DNA of 64,000 nucleotides from Stylophora pistillata (Eukaryota): NCBI RefSeq assembly GCF_002571385.2, contig NW_019218211.1, positions 52,359 to 116,358 of the forward strand, read 5' to 3'. Shown piece by piece: positions 63,639 to 64,000 of this stretch (position 1 is its first letter; each line of letters starts with the position of its first letter). The notes under the pieces were generated by a model. It saw only the letters and a program-made list of their open reading frames with translations, ran no database searches and was not told where the DNA came from. The position numbers and the translations under genes were made by a program.

Positions 63639-64000
63639 TTACAAGCCTTTCAAAATCTTATTCTGAAGAAACTGGAACAACTGATACAAGTCGTTTTTGT
63701 TCTCTCCATCTACCCACATCATTTCTAACACCACAACATCACGTGAAAAGTCACTGGCTATCTCAGCACCAGCTCCCACGCGCAAGGTAAAAGACACAAG
63801 AGGTCTGGACGGAGATTCACCCCGATTTGAGTCGCTCTCGATAAAATTCGATGGGTGCCAGTAAGAATCGGAAAACTGGCTTTCGCAGACATTCACATTT
63901 CCACGCGTTTCCTCCAAGTTTGGTGCGTCAGTTTCAGATACTGTTTGCATTTTTGTTTCATCCAAAGAGTCTTGTATCACAACCTCGTCCACACAACCTG
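63639..64000 (-). CDS. METTL16: METTL16 (U6 snRNA m6A methyltransferase), last coding exon, 5'-partial
   Basis: VVLEMMWVDGENKNDLYQLFQFLQNKI resembles the human C-terminus ALVEMHWVEGQNRDLMNQLCTYIRNQI, preceded by a disordered acidic linker. Confidence 0.75.
   Translation of the reverse strand, partial: GCVDEVVIQDSLDETKMQTVSETDAPNLEETRGNVNVCESQFSDSYWHPSNFIESDSNRGESPSRPLVSFTLRVGAGAEIASDFSRDVVVLEMMWVDGENKNDLYQLFQFLQNKILKGL

Overview
AT-rich, intron-containing animal genomic DNA. The repeat families and gene content suggest a cnidarian, probably a stony coral (inference). Gene models were built by hand from GT-AG sites and reading frame. In order: the 3' part of a tandem-DOMON, probably GPI-anchored protein (+); an intronless, divergent class A GPCR whose promoter has an RFX X-box (+); RPL23A (+); an intronless tropomyosin-like gene (-) head-to-head with a PRR11 homolog (+) that carries an in-frame TGA; IBA57 (+); SKA2 (-) with a long C-terminal domain absent from human SKA2; two divergently oriented paralogous genes for secreted precursors with two 6-Cys knottin-like domains each (- at 41.7-44.3 kb, + at 58.6-60.4 kb); and the last exon of METTL16 (-). 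Introns and intergenic DNA carry many MITEs, tRNA-derived SINEs, LINE 3' ends, Penelope-type repeats with minimal hammerhead motifs, and two copies of a palindromic tRNA-Thr-derived element, each with a 12-bp target-site duplication. The best novelty candidates are the Cys-rich peptide gene pair and the palindromic tRNA element. No database searches were run.
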